Notes under the pieces: generated by a model
Databases searched by the model: none
Told to the model about the DNA's origin: nothing
The model's input: only the letters and a program-made list of their open reading frames with translations
Assembly: GCA_023151275.1 (NCBI GenBank)
Contig: JAKLJI010000018.1
Location: forward strand, 2,653-66,652
Origin: Bacteroidia bacterium
GTDB taxonomy: Bacteria > Bacteroidota > Bacteroidia > UKL13-3
DNA: 64,000 nucleotides
Direction of reading: 5' to 3'
Position numbers and translations under genes: made by a program
Shown: positions 49,816-59,554 of the stretch, one piece after another
How positions within the stretch are numbered: the first letter of the stretch is position 1
How the letters are laid out: every line of letters begins with the position of its first letter

Positions 49816-50949
49816 ATGAAATTTTTTTATAGGTTGTTGGTTCTACCCATTATACTAACAACCCAACTTTCTGCAGAGAACAGAAACACTACTTGTATAG
49901 ATTCTTTGAAATTGGAGCAAAAGAAATATTTTGTTACAATTAACCTTTGCGCAAAGCAAATTCCTCATTTTTCTAAAAAGGATGAATTGTATTTTAAGGG
50001 ATTTGTGAAACATGATAATGGTTTATCTTGTGATGATAAAATCAAAAAGCTAAAAACGACAAGAGATTCGTTATTATTTTTACTTAAAACACAACAATTA
50101 GTTAAATCGAATGAGTTAGATTCTTTAAAAAGAGAACTTTTTCTTAATCAAAAGAAAGAGACTATTAAGGAATTTAAAAAAGCACACTATTCATATTTTC
50201 AAAAAAAATTTGTATTAGATCATACCCTAAAAAAATATAAACTTAACAATATTTCCAATGCGATAAGTTGTGGAACTAGTGTTTATAATGAAGCACTATC
50301 AAAAGTGAAAAATTCGAGTTTGGCTCCTGAATTACCTGCGAATTACCAAACAAAAGCTAAGGTTAATAAGGAGTTGCCTTATAATCAGCCAAATATTAAC
50401 CTGATAGAAAGGAAAAAAGCTGAAGAACAAGTCAAACAGATTAAGGAGAAAATCAAATCAATTAAGGACAGTATTAATTCTGATTCTACAAAACTTTTCA
50501 AGCTAAATTCATGCCGTGAATTGCCATTTCGAAGCCGATTTAAAGGAGTATTTATCTGGAGTCCTCAAAGACCATCCATACCGAGAAATATAATAAATTT
50601 AGATGTTTTGATTGGATTACAATATAACATAAACACTAAGGCAAGTATAGTTGGTAGTATCGGTAATTCAACAGCAATTTTTGGAGAAAAGATTCCGCAA
50701 GGAATAAAACATGAGGCCCTAATTATAGGATTTATGGTTAAAAGGGAAATGTTTAGAAAAGCCTATATTTTTATTAATTATGAGTTTGTATTTCCTAATA
50801 ATAGTGACCTTGAAATAGAAAGAAAACCTAACTATAGATTCCAAATTGGTGTAGAAAATAATAACTACATAAAAACTCAAATTGGACTAAATCTACTGGC
50901 ATTTAAACAAAGAAATCAACAATTTTTTACAATTCGATTTAGCTTATGA
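49816..50949 (+). CDS. Exported hypothetical protein: Lys-rich coiled-coil N-half, beta-barrel-like C-half
   Basis: Signal-like N-terminus; amphipathic strands ending FFTIRFSL; ATGA-coupled to the YD-repeat gene; visibly AT-rich. Confidence 0.6.
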   Translation: MKFFYRLLVLPIILTTQLSAENRNTTCIDSLKLEQKKYFVTINLCAKQIPHFSKKDELYFKGFVKHDNGLSCDDKIKKLKTTRDSLLFLLKTQQLVKSNELDSLKRELFLNQKKETIKEFKKAHYSYFQKKFVLDHTLKKYKLNNISNAISCGTSVYNEALSKVKNSSLAPELPANYQTKAKVNKELPYNQPNINLIERKKAEEQVKQIKEKIKSIKDSINSDSTKLFKLNSCRELPFRSRFKGVFIWSPQRPSIPRNIINLDVLIGLQYNINTKASIVGSIGNSTAIFGEKIPQGIKHEALIIGFMVKREMFRKAYIFINYEFVFPNNSDLEIERKPNYRFQIGVENNNYIKTQIGLNLLAFKQRNQQFFTIRFSL

Positions 50950-53900
50950 AAAACTACCTTCTTCTTTTTTTTATTCAATTGATTTTTGGTCTATCTTGTC
51001 CTAGTATCTATGGTCAAACTCCTTTTGTTGAGAATTTTGAGGAGCTGAGTATGGGTTTAAATGATCAACAAAATTTTGGATCCAATGTAAATGAGGGAAC
51101 CGGGATTTTGCATGTCAAGATACCTTTGTTAAAGGCCGTTTCAGGACTTTCTGGCTTGGACTTAAGCTTGACTTATTCTGGTAAAGGTGTAAAAGTAAAC
51201 CAAAGAAGCAGTAGAGTTGGACTTGGATGGCAACTTTCCGGAATTGGTTCTATAACCAAAGTTGTTTGTGGATTAAATGATAACGGAGCAAATGGTTATT
51301 ATCAAAATGTTCCAAGTCCTGGCTGGCGTTGGCAAAATGCAAGTTATCCGGATATTAATAATTTCCTAAAAGGCTTTTACCTGGGGACAAAGGATGGACA
51401 GCCCGACTTCTTTATTTTAAACATAGGAACAAGTACAGTTAAGTTTATTAAAAAAGGTAATCAATTTGTTACGTTCCCAAAGTCTTCCATAAAAATTGAC
51501 TTTGGAGTAGTTGATGGGTTTTCAAATTCATTTAGGATAACTGACGAATCCGGGGTTAATTATTCATTCACTGAAAAGGAGTATACAAGGATTCAATCCG
51601 GTTCATTGCAAAATTCAGAAAGCGTTTCTTCATGGTTTCTTACAAAAGTGCAATCTCCTAATGGGCAGGTTCTTACAATTAGTTATTCAGATGAATATAC
51701 TTATTCAGTCCAGATAGATCAAGTTGAAACTGAATCAAGATTACTTTTTAGAGAAAATTGTCCCTCAAATTTAAACTCTAGTAATTCTACAATTGAAAAG
51801 TATGACTATGATGTAATAAATATAATTTCTCATATTAGAACTAAAAGACCTATTCAGATAGATTTCAATCAGCATAGATTCTTGTTAGAGTATTCAGATC
51901 GGGAAGATATTTTGGGGGAGAAAAGTCTGAGTAAAATAAGTCATTTTATTTCTAACAGTCTTTTTGAAGGAGTTGTGCTTAATTATTTTTACAGAGTTAA
52001 GGCTAATGGGATTGGAAGTGGCTTGGCAAGCAAAAGGATGATGTTGGCAAGTGTTCAAAAATTCGGAAAAAGCTTAAGTTTCACTCAACCTTCCACTAAT
52101 TTCTATTATAATCAAATTGATCTTCCATCACCTGGAACACCAAGTCAGGACTTACAAGGCTATTTTAATAATAAAACTTTTTCATTAGTTAATCCAAATG
52201 GTACTTTTTATTCCATGTTGCCTTCCACTTCCTACAGAGCTGATGTAACTGGATCAGCTGGCTATTACTTAGACGATTATCCTTCTTTAAATAGGGATCC
52301 GGATTTAACTTTTGCAAAGGCAATGATTTTAGAGAAAATTGATTATGGTACTGGAAAAACAGAGGAATTTAGTTACGAACTTAATTCCTCAACCTCCGAA
52401 CCAGGTTATAGTTTAGTTCAAGATGGATTAAGGTTAAAACAATTAGTTACCAAATCAGGAATTGGTGATAGATTATATACAAATTATTTCTATTTTAATG
52501 GTCGATCTTTTTCAAGGAAAAGACCAAATATTAGTAAATTTTTGAGACCAGTGACTTTGTATGCTGTCCCTCCAAATCAGCCATTGGTAACAAACTATTG
52601 CCAGAGTCTTTGTCTTTATAGGTCATCTGTTCTTCGTGATTTCTCACCAAACATCATAGATGAAGGTGTTTTCTATCAGAAAGTACGAATTATTAATTCC
52701 GCAGATGAGGCTTGTACAGTTTATAAATATATTATTGAAAAAGAATATCAAACTAATTTTGTTTCTACTAATTTTGGGGGCAGATTCCTTTTTGATCCAT
52801 CTATTCCGGGCAGATTGCAAAAGGTAACGCATTATAAGCCAGACGGGATTACAAAAACTTTTGAGGAGCAATTTGAATATGAAAGTAATTTTGTTTCAAA
52901 TTATGACACCCTTTCACTAGCATTTCTTCTTCCAGAACCCCAGATTTACCAAGTTTCTTCTAATTCTCAGGATATTAATTTAATTGTACCTTCTTTGACC
53001 AGTGAATCCTACTTAAATGCTTATCAAATTGATTTGTTAATTACATTTTCAAAACTGAAAAGTACGGAGAAAAGGAGGTATTTCACTACAACATCAAGTA
53101 GCACCGAAAAGGTGGATTTTTTCTTTGAACCAGCATTCAACGAAATACATTATCAACCTATAAAAACAATTACAACTAAGTTTAATGGAACCATTGAGAC
53201 AAATTACTATAAGTTTGCCGGGGATTTTTCAATACCGAATTCTGTTAATAACACATCTTTTTCACAGGCTTTATTATATTTAAGATCCTCTAACAGATTG
53301 GCTTATCCAATTGAGGTAGTCAAAACTGTGAGACAAGGTTCTGGAACTGAATTTATTCAAGCTGGTAGTTTTTTTGAATATAATGTTGATCCAACTTCTA
53401 ATCATGTTAATCTTGCTAGAAAATTTTCTCTTAAACAAATCCATTCAGCATCCATTAATAATTTCGTATTTTCAAACTATATCAATGGTTCAATATTAAA
53501 GTCATCCAATTATTATCTGGAATCATTTTTTAGTAATTATACCAACAATAATAATTTGAATCAGCTTACTAATGGGAATAATCATTCATCTATGATATAT
53601 GACCAATTTGAGGATGAGATCATTTCAGTTTGTGATGGTTGTAAGACGACTGAGATGGCTTATGTTGATTTTGAAGATATTGAAGGTGCTTTAGGGAATG
53701 GCACATCTAAGGGTAATTTTTTATTTAGCAATAGTCCCGGAAGTTCATGGCCTTTAGCTCCCAAGAGCGGACTTGCTCGTGCAGGATCTTATTCACTAAA
53801 TATTTCTGGTATTACTATTTCATTCAATGGAGCATCATTAAGTAATTCACAAAAGTATATTCTCCGATTTTGGACCCGAAATGGAACCTCTATATTAAAA

Positions 53901-54215
53901 GCCAATTCTGTAAGTTTAACGCCGACCATAATTGGAGTAGTAGATGGTTGGACATTAAATGAATTTGTTTTTACGGGAGGTATAACAGTTGAGATAAGTG
54001 GAAATTGCCTTATAGACCAGATTGTAATTTTTAGAGAAGGGGCTCAAATCAGTATTTCAGGATTTGATAATTATTATCAGAATGTGTTTGTTTCTAAAGG
54101 TGGGATTGATATTTCAAGAATGGAATATGATGGATTAGGTAGACTTTCATCTGTTTATGACAATGAAGGAAATATTTTGAAGAGTTTTTCTTATTCAATA
54201 AAGGAGGAATACTAG
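50946..54215 (+). CDS. Sec-signal YD/RHS-repeat protein (N-terminal shell component)
   Basis: GILHVKIPL...LSLTYSG.GVKV...SSRVGLGWQL...SIT, DGQPDFF, ITDESGVNYSF, SSWFLTKV.SPNG, DGLRLK and the C-terminal YDGLGRLSSVYDNEGNILKSFSY motif. Confidence 0.85.
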   Translation: MKNYLLLFFIQLIFGLSCPSIYGQTPFVENFEELSMGLNDQQNFGSNVNEGTGILHVKIPLLKAVSGLSGLDLSLTYSGKGVKVNQRSSRVGLGWQLSGIGSITKVVCGLNDNGANGYYQNVPSPGWRWQNASYPDINNFLKGFYLGTKDGQPDFFILNIGTSTVKFIKKGNQFVTFPKSSIKIDFGVVDGFSNSFRITDESGVNYSFTEKEYTRIQSGSLQNSESVSSWFLTKVQSPNGQVLTISYSDEYTYSVQIDQVETESRLLFRENCPSNLNSSNSTIEKYDYDVINIISHIRTKRPIQIDFNQHRFLLEYSDREDILGEKSLSKISHFISNSLFEGVVLNYFYRVKANGIGSGLASKRMMLASVQKFGKSLSFTQPSTNFYYNQIDLPSPGTPSQDLQGYFNNKTFSLVNPNGTFYSMLPSTSYRADVTGSAGYYLDDYPSLNRDPDLTFAKAMILEKIDYGTGKTEEFSYELNSSTSEPGYSLVQDGLRLKQLVTKSGIGDRLYTNYFYFNGRSFSRKRPNISKFLRPVTLYAVPPNQPLVTNYCQSLCLYRSSVLRDFSPNIIDEGVFYQKVRIINSADEACTVYKYIIEKEYQTNFVSTNFGGRFLFDPSIPGRLQKVTHYKPDGITKTFEEQFEYESNFVSNYDTLSLAFLLPEPQIYQVSSNSQDINLIVPSLTSESYLNAYQIDLLITFSKLKSTEKRRYFTTTSSSTEKVDFFFEPAFNEIHYQPIKTITTKFNGTIETNYYKFAGDFSIPNSVNNTSFSQALLYLRSSNRLAYPIEVVKTVRQGSGTEFIQAGSFFEYNVDPTSNHVNLARKFSLKQIHSASINNFVFSNYINGSILKSSNYYLESFFSNYTNNNNLNQLTNGNNHSSMIYDQFEDEIISVCDGCKTTEMAYVDFEDIEGALGNGTSKGNFLFSNSPGSSWPLAPKSGLARAGSYSLNISGITISFNGASLSNSQKYILRFWTRNGTSILKANSVSLTPTIIGVVDGWTLNEFVFTGGITVEISGNCLIDQIVIFREGAQISISGFDNYYQNVFVSKGGIDISRMEYDGLGRLSSVYDNEGNILKSFSYSIKEEY

Positions 54216-54216
54216 T

Positions 54217-57200
54217 ATGCGACATATTCTTACATTTCTATTCTGTTTATTGATTTTAGATGCCTTTTCCCAAAGCAACAAACCGAATTCTAATTCTCTT
54301 CCTCCTTTAGGTAGTTCAAACTCAATACCTGTTGCTGGATTTAGTGGTCCTATTACGTTAAATAGTATAAGGGAATACCATCCAGTTGTTCCAGTTAAGA
54401 CAATTTCTGATTTTAACAATATTAAAGATAATGCAAGTAGTTCTTTGCTGACAAGTATTTATTTTGATGGATATGGCAGGACAACACAAAAGGTAATTAG
54501 AAGACAATTTACTTCCGGTAAGGATTTTGTAGAAGCTAGGAATTATAATGAATGGAGTGAGCAAGAAATTACTCCATTGCCATTTTTTAAATCTGAGAGT
54601 TCAGGGAGTTTTACTCGTAACATTTCATCAAATTTGAATCAATCATATAGTGAGCTAGGGTATACAGGTGAAAATTATCTTTACTCAAAATCGGAGTTTG
54701 AAGAAAGCTCAGATAGGAATTTGGTAAAGTATTTTCCCCAAGGAAATAGTTGGGTTGGAACAGGAACATACATAAAATATCAAGAAGGGTTTATTGAAAA
54801 TACTACAATACCAAAGTTTTCAATATCAGGGAATTCAAGTTCTTTGCCTGTTTTTTTAGGGAATTATGAAAAATTATTTTCAAAAATAACCGTGGATGAA
54901 GATGGCACCCAAACTGTAAATATTCAGTATTACAATGAGGTAGGCCAACTGGTTTGTGAAGGCCATTATTATAACGGAACCCCAACTGCAAAAAGCGAAA
55001 CATTTTATATTTACGATATTTTTGGTAATCTTAGAGTAACTGTCACTCCAAAAGGAGTAGAAAGTCTCCAAGCAAATTCATTCAATTTTACAAGTCAGCT
55101 TTTAAATGGGCTTTGTTTTGTTAACCTTTATAATGAAAAGGGACTTGTTTATGCCCAGAAGAAACCGGGTATTGAACCGAGTTATTTTGTTTATGATTTG
55201 AACAATAAGTTGGTTTTAAGTCAGGAACCAAATGAACGAAGTGAATCTAAATGGTCTTTTTTTAAGTATGATATTCAAGGAAGATTAGTTCAAAAGGGAA
55301 AGTGTAAATTAACCTACAGTTCTACTACCTCGACTTCAGTAACATCGCCATTTGGGGTCAATATGATTTATCCTTCAGGCACAGCTATCCCTTATTTGCC
55401 AATCGAACTAAGTAACTTGGTAAACAATCCGGCAGTTGGAATTGATTTCTTAAAGTATATTGGCTTCAGCCAGATTTGCTCGAATTCAGATTATCAAACA
55501 AGTTTTACAGATGTTGAAATTTTACTTTCAAACTACTATGATTCTTACCAGTTTTCAAACATTGCTTTTTCTCAAAATTTGAGCAGCCAAACAAATGGTT
55601 ATCAGGTTAACAAAACAAATGATTTGCGTGGAAGATTTACCGGTTCTGTATCAAATATTTCAAATTCAAGTTCAAAGACAACTAGTATTGTATTTTACAA
55701 CAATAGAGGGGAGCTCATTCAAAATGCAAAAAGAGGAATTAATGGACTCTTAACCTATGAATCTTTCGGGTTTGATTTTCGAGGTTTATTGAAAAATTAT
55801 GTTTCTACTCATCCTGGTATTATTACAATTTATAAGAGATTTACATATGATGCTTATGGAAGATTAACTAAAGCGGAGCATAAATTAAATGGTGCTCAAA
55901 ATTATAGAACAATAGGACAGTATTATTATGACAACCTTGGTAGGTTAACAGTAAGGAAATTGGGTGGTTTTGGCTACAACGTTAATTATTCATATAATAT
56001 TCGGAATTGGTTAATTGGTATAAATAAGCAATTTGTAGCACTTGAAAATTCAACCGACTATTTCGGCATGGAAATTTCCTATGACTATGGTTTTGACCAA
56101 AATTACAAGAATGGAAGAATTGCCGGTGTCAAATGGAGGAACAAGGGTACGAGAAAAGAACTAAGATCATACGGTTACACTTACGATTTCAAGGGAAATT
56201 TAACACATGCCGATTATAATCAAACATCAGTAAATTCTCCAAATTCCTTTATTAAGACGGAGAAGGATTTTACCATGTATAATACTACCTATGATGCTAA
56301 TGGAAATATACTAACTATGGCCCATAAGGCTACAAATGGGTTGGGTAATATTATAACCTTAGACGACCTGAATTACACTTATGAGACAGGGACCAATAAA
56401 CTTTTAGAAGTAAGTGAGAGTTCAAGCTCTCAAAGTAAAAATCCCTCACTACATGATGGTTTAGGAGATTTTAGGGATGTTGTTGGTGCCCAGGACTATT
56501 CTTATGATCAGAATGGAAATTTGAAATCTGATTTAAATAAAGGAATCCAATCTATTCGGCAGGATTGGGCAGGATTAAATAAACCGATTGAAATAATATT
56601 TAATAACGGGAATACAATAAAGTATTTCTACGACGCCAATGGAACTCTCCTTCGTAAAACTGCCTTTACTCAAGTTAACAATTCCACTAAATCTTTTGAT
56701 TACATAGGTGAAGTAATTTATTCCAATGGGGCTCTAAGTATGATTCATCATGATGAAGGTAGAATTCGCGTTAATCAGGCTCAGGGAATTTATACGTATG
56801 ATTACTACATTAAGGACCATATTGACAATATACGGAGCATTATTACCGAAAGCGAATCCAATTCCATTGGTTCACTTGGTGGTGGCGCGTCAGGAATCAG
56901 TTGGCCGGAAGCAGGTAGCCCTGATCAAGACCCTGGAAATGTTTTAAATCTAATCAATAGTTCACTAAATTCAGATACCTTGAGTAATACTGGTGTTCCA
57001 AATTTACCAGTATCTTATCTTGCAACTAGTGAAGTAGTGTATGCTCCCATTGAAGAACAGTTGTTTGACCATTTAGATGATACGCGAGCTAACAGACCAT
57101 TTAGTGAGGATACTACTAATCTTTATTCTGCCAATTTAAATCCAACTGAGGGGAAAATTATTGGACCTGGATTAATGCTAAAAGTAATGGCAGGAGATCA

Positions 57201-58623
57201 GGTTGAATTGGGTGTTGAATCACTACTTAGTTCCTCAGCAAGTAGTTCAACTATTCCAATTCAAAGTTTGGTGTATAGCTTAGTAAATGCACTTTCAGGC
57301 CCCATGGCAGCTCTTGAGGGTATAAGCCAGGCGGCACAGCAGGCAATACTTGATGTTGGTACATTAACCCTTAGTATTAATGAACTTCAACAACAAAATG
57401 CCGATACTACGCATGCGATGGCATTTTTGAATTACCTGCTATTTGATGAAACCATGCAGTTACTGCCAGAAATGAGTCAAGTTATCCAATTGTCCCAATC
57501 ATCGGCATGGCAAACTACCACAACCGAATTATTTACTATACCTCAGAATGGTTTTTTGTATGTATTTAGTAGTAACCAATCAGGCATTAGTGTACGCACC
57601 GACAATCTGTTCGTTACGCATTATACCGGAGCATTGTTAGAGGAGTTTCACTACTATCCATTTGGGTTGGTATTTGAAGCCACAAAGGCTCCGAGTCTTC
57701 CAACAGGAAGTGATTACAAATACAACCACCAATTCCTAGAGCAAAATGAGTTTACCGATGCTACAGGGAATTTGTACGGATTGAACTGGTATGATTTTGA
57801 GTTCAGGACCTATGATCCCCAATTGGGCCGCTGGTGGCAAGCCGACCCCTTGATGCAGCATGCATCTTCATACCTGGCCATGAGCAATAACCCGGTTTTG
57901 TTCACAGACCCTTTGGGCTTATGGGATGGAACTGGCGCACAACGAGGAGAGTTTAGGTATGGCGATGGAGCCTGGTATGTTTTTTTGGGAGGAAAGGAAG
58001 GATGGATGCTAGCGGAAGACCAAAATGATGACACGTACCTTAGTGTTGTAAATTATTACAGAGAAAAAAATAGATATTTGAATAACTTTCCGGCTCAACC
58101 TGATAATTATGTTGATTGGACAAAAAACTTTCAGTTCGCCATTGAACAAAACAGACCCGGTTTAGAATTAGCCGCAAAGGTGTGCGAATACACACCAGAG
58201 CTGGCACTAATGGAAGCCGAGGCTCTTGCTTTGACGGGAAAAGTAATCTATAAGGGAGGCGGTTATTTAGTTAAAGCTAAATTTGGAAAGGAAGTCGCTG
58301 AAAATCTTCTACCTTCCAGTTTAGGAAATTCCGCTAAGGTGGTAATGAATGCCGTCACTAAGTCAGAATCAGTTTTGGGGCATATTTTCAGGAATGCACC
58401 AGGACACGTTAATCCTTCAACAGTAGCTTCACAGAATAGATATATCAAATTATTTGAGAGTGTTGCAAATAACCCTGCAAACCTTAATCAAAGCATTCTA
58501 GCACCAAATGCCATAAAAAATGGAGTTCAAGGATTTACCCAAACCTTTCAGAATGGTCAAATATGGGTACATACAAGAAATGGAAAAATATTTGATGCTG
58601 GCGTAAATTTAATCCCAAAGTAA
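54217..58623 (+). CDS. DUF6443/RHS repeat-associated core protein with a C-terminal polymorphic toxin tip
   Basis: YFDGYGR..Q, YSYNIRNWL..IN, YYPFGL and core YDFEFRTYDPQLGRWWQADP...[12 protein letters not shown]; tip contains GHIFRNAPGH...QIWVHTRNGKIFDAG. Confidence 0.92.
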   Translation: MRHILTFLFCLLILDAFSQSNKPNSNSLPPLGSSNSIPVAGFSGPITLNSIREYHPVVPVKTISDFNNIKDNASSSLLTSIYFDGYGRTTQKVIRRQFTSGKDFVEARNYNEWSEQEITPLPFFKSESSGSFTRNISSNLNQSYSELGYTGENYLYSKSEFEESSDRNLVKYFPQGNSWVGTGTYIKYQEGFIENTTIPKFSISGNSSSLPVFLGNYEKLFSKITVDEDGTQTVNIQYYNEVGQLVCEGHYYNGTPTAKSETFYIYDIFGNLRVTVTPKGVESLQANSFNFTSQLLNGLCFVNLYNEKGLVYAQKKPGIEPSYFVYDLNNKLVLSQEPNERSESKWSFFKYDIQGRLVQKGKCKLTYSSTTSTSVTSPFGVNMIYPSGTAIPYLPIELSNLVNNPAVGIDFLKYIGFSQICSNSDYQTSFTDVEILLSNYYDSYQFSNIAFSQNLSSQTNGYQVNKTNDLRGRFTGSVSNISNSSSKTTSIVFYNNRGELIQNAKRGINGLLTYESFGFDFRGLLKNYVSTHPGIITIYKRFTYDAYGRLTKAEHKLNGAQNYRTIGQYYYDNLGRLTVRKLGGFGYNVNYSYNIRNWLIGINKQFVALENSTDYFGMEISYDYGFDQNYKNGRIAGVKWRNKGTRKELRSYGYTYDFKGNLTHADYNQTSVNSPNSFIKTEKDFTMYNTTYDANGNILTMAHKATNGLGNIITLDDLNYTYETGTNKLLEVSESSSSQSKNPSLHDGLGDFRDVVGAQDYSYDQNGNLKSDLNKGIQSIRQDWAGLNKPIEIIFNNGNTIKYFYDANGTLLRKTAFTQVNNSTKSFDYIGEVIYSNGALSMIHHDEGRIRVNQAQGIYTYDYYIKDHIDNIRSIITESESNSIGSLGGGASGISWPEAGSPDQDPGNVLNLINSSLNSDTLSNTGVPNLPVSYLATSEVVYAPIEEQLFDHLDDTRANRPFSEDTTNLYSANLNPTEGKIIGPGLMLKVMAGDQVELGVESLLSSSASSSTIPIQSLVYSLVNALSGPMAALEGISQAAQQAILDVGTLTLSINELQQQNADTTHAMAFLNYLLFDETMQLLPEMSQVIQLSQSSAWQTTTTELFTIPQNGFLYVFSSNQSGISVRTDNLFVTHYTGALLEEFHYYPFGLVFEATKAPSLPTGSDYKYNHQFLEQNEFTDATGNLYGLNWYDFEFRTYDPQLGRWWQADPLMQHASSYLAMSNNPVLFTDPLGLWDGTGAQRGEFRYGDGAWYVFLGGKEGWMLAEDQNDDTYLSVVNYYREKNRYLNNFPAQPDNYVDWTKNFQFAIEQNRPGLELAAKVCEYTPELALMEAEALALTGKVIYKGGGYLVKAKFGKEVAENLLPSSLGNSAKVVMNAVTKSESVLGHIFRNAPGHVNPSTVASQNRYIKLFESVANNPANLNQSILAPNAIKNGVQGFTQTFQNGQIWVHTRNGKIFDAGVNLIPK

Positions 58624-58626
58624 ATT

Positions 58627-59115
58627 ATGAGAAAATTTGATTTTGCATTAGAAAAAGATATTAATAAGCAATATAATGATGCTGCTATTTATTATCAACA
58701 AAGCATTGATGAAGGCAACATTAAGCTTGATGGATATTTAAACTTAGCTTTTTTATATTGGAATTTTCAAGATTTCGGTTTTTCCAGTTATTTCAATATA
58801 TCTGATGAGCTTGTCGAGATTGGATGCCAAAAATATCCTGAAATTTTAAGAAAAGGTATCCAACAGTTCCCCAATAGTTTAGAATTACATTTTTGGGAAA
58901 GATATTTCCAACATATTTTTTTTGGTGATGAGTTTTCAGAAAGTGATTGTAAAAGCCTTATTGAAAAATATAAGAGTGATCAAAGTATTACGCCTTACTT
59001 CTTTTTATCTCTTTTTGATAAGGTAAAATACAAAGAAAAAAGAAGTGAGCTATTAGCAATTTGCGACAAGACACCTACAGCAAAAAATCTTTATATAAAA
59101 TCAATAATTGGATAA
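58627..59115 (+). CDS. Putative immunity protein (helical, TPR-like, cytoplasmic)
   Basis: Starts 3 nt after the RHS stop; 162 aa; no signal peptide; AT-rich. Confidence 0.65.
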   Translation: MRKFDFALEKDINKQYNDAAIYYQQSIDEGNIKLDGYLNLAFLYWNFQDFGFSSYFNISDELVEIGCQKYPEILRKGIQQFPNSLELHFWERYFQHIFFGDEFSESDCKSLIEKYKSDQSITPYFFLSLFDKVKYKEKRSELLAICDKTPTAKNLYIKSIIG

Positions 59116-59436
59116 GGTGAAACTACTTTTAAAAATACTGTTTTTTGTACTCCCAATATTTCAAACTAATATTAGTCAAGGAAAAATCATTTTGTTTAAT
59201 CAAGTAGTTTCAGAAGTAAAACTCAATTGTGAAATCGTTGAATGTAGAAATGTAGTAACTACTAATTTAGGAAATGACTTTGCGAATACTTGCAAAAGTG
59301 AAAGCGATTAGTAGATTGTGAAAACTGGGCTACAAGCTGTAATGCAAATGCCGCTAAGGGGGGAGCAAAACTTTACAGTGAGTCAACGTTTAAAGCTTTT
59401 GAAAGACAACTTGCAAAAGATGGAATGAAGTGGGAA

Positions 59437-59554
59437 ATGGCTGGCTTTTTTGACAAGTTGTAAATCTAGTTTTTGGCTTTGAATTTTGTCTTGGGGATTG
59501 ATTTTGAGTTCATGACCTATGGTCCTCAATTTGGCCGTTGGTGGCAAGCCGACC
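59437..59554 (+). repeat. Second copy of a ~120-bp direct repeat (partner of 49234-49353)
   Basis: ATGGCTG.CTTTTTT.GACAAGT.GTAAATCTAGTTTTTGGCTTTGAATTTTGTCTTGGGGATTGATTTTGAGTTCATGACCTATG...GGTGGCAAGCCGACC is present at both sites. Confidence 0.9.

Noticed and set aside
56850-57630. Insertion within the DUF6443-RHS protein (GPGLMLKVMAGD region) as a novelty
   Set aside because: As I recall, this inserted domain is common in Bacteroidota DUF6443-RHS proteins, so I did not treat it as unusual.
49297-57928. Diversity-generating retroelement TR/VR pair
   Set aside because: The five mismatches are not adenine-specific, there is no reverse transcriptase, and the repeat is the conserved RHS core.
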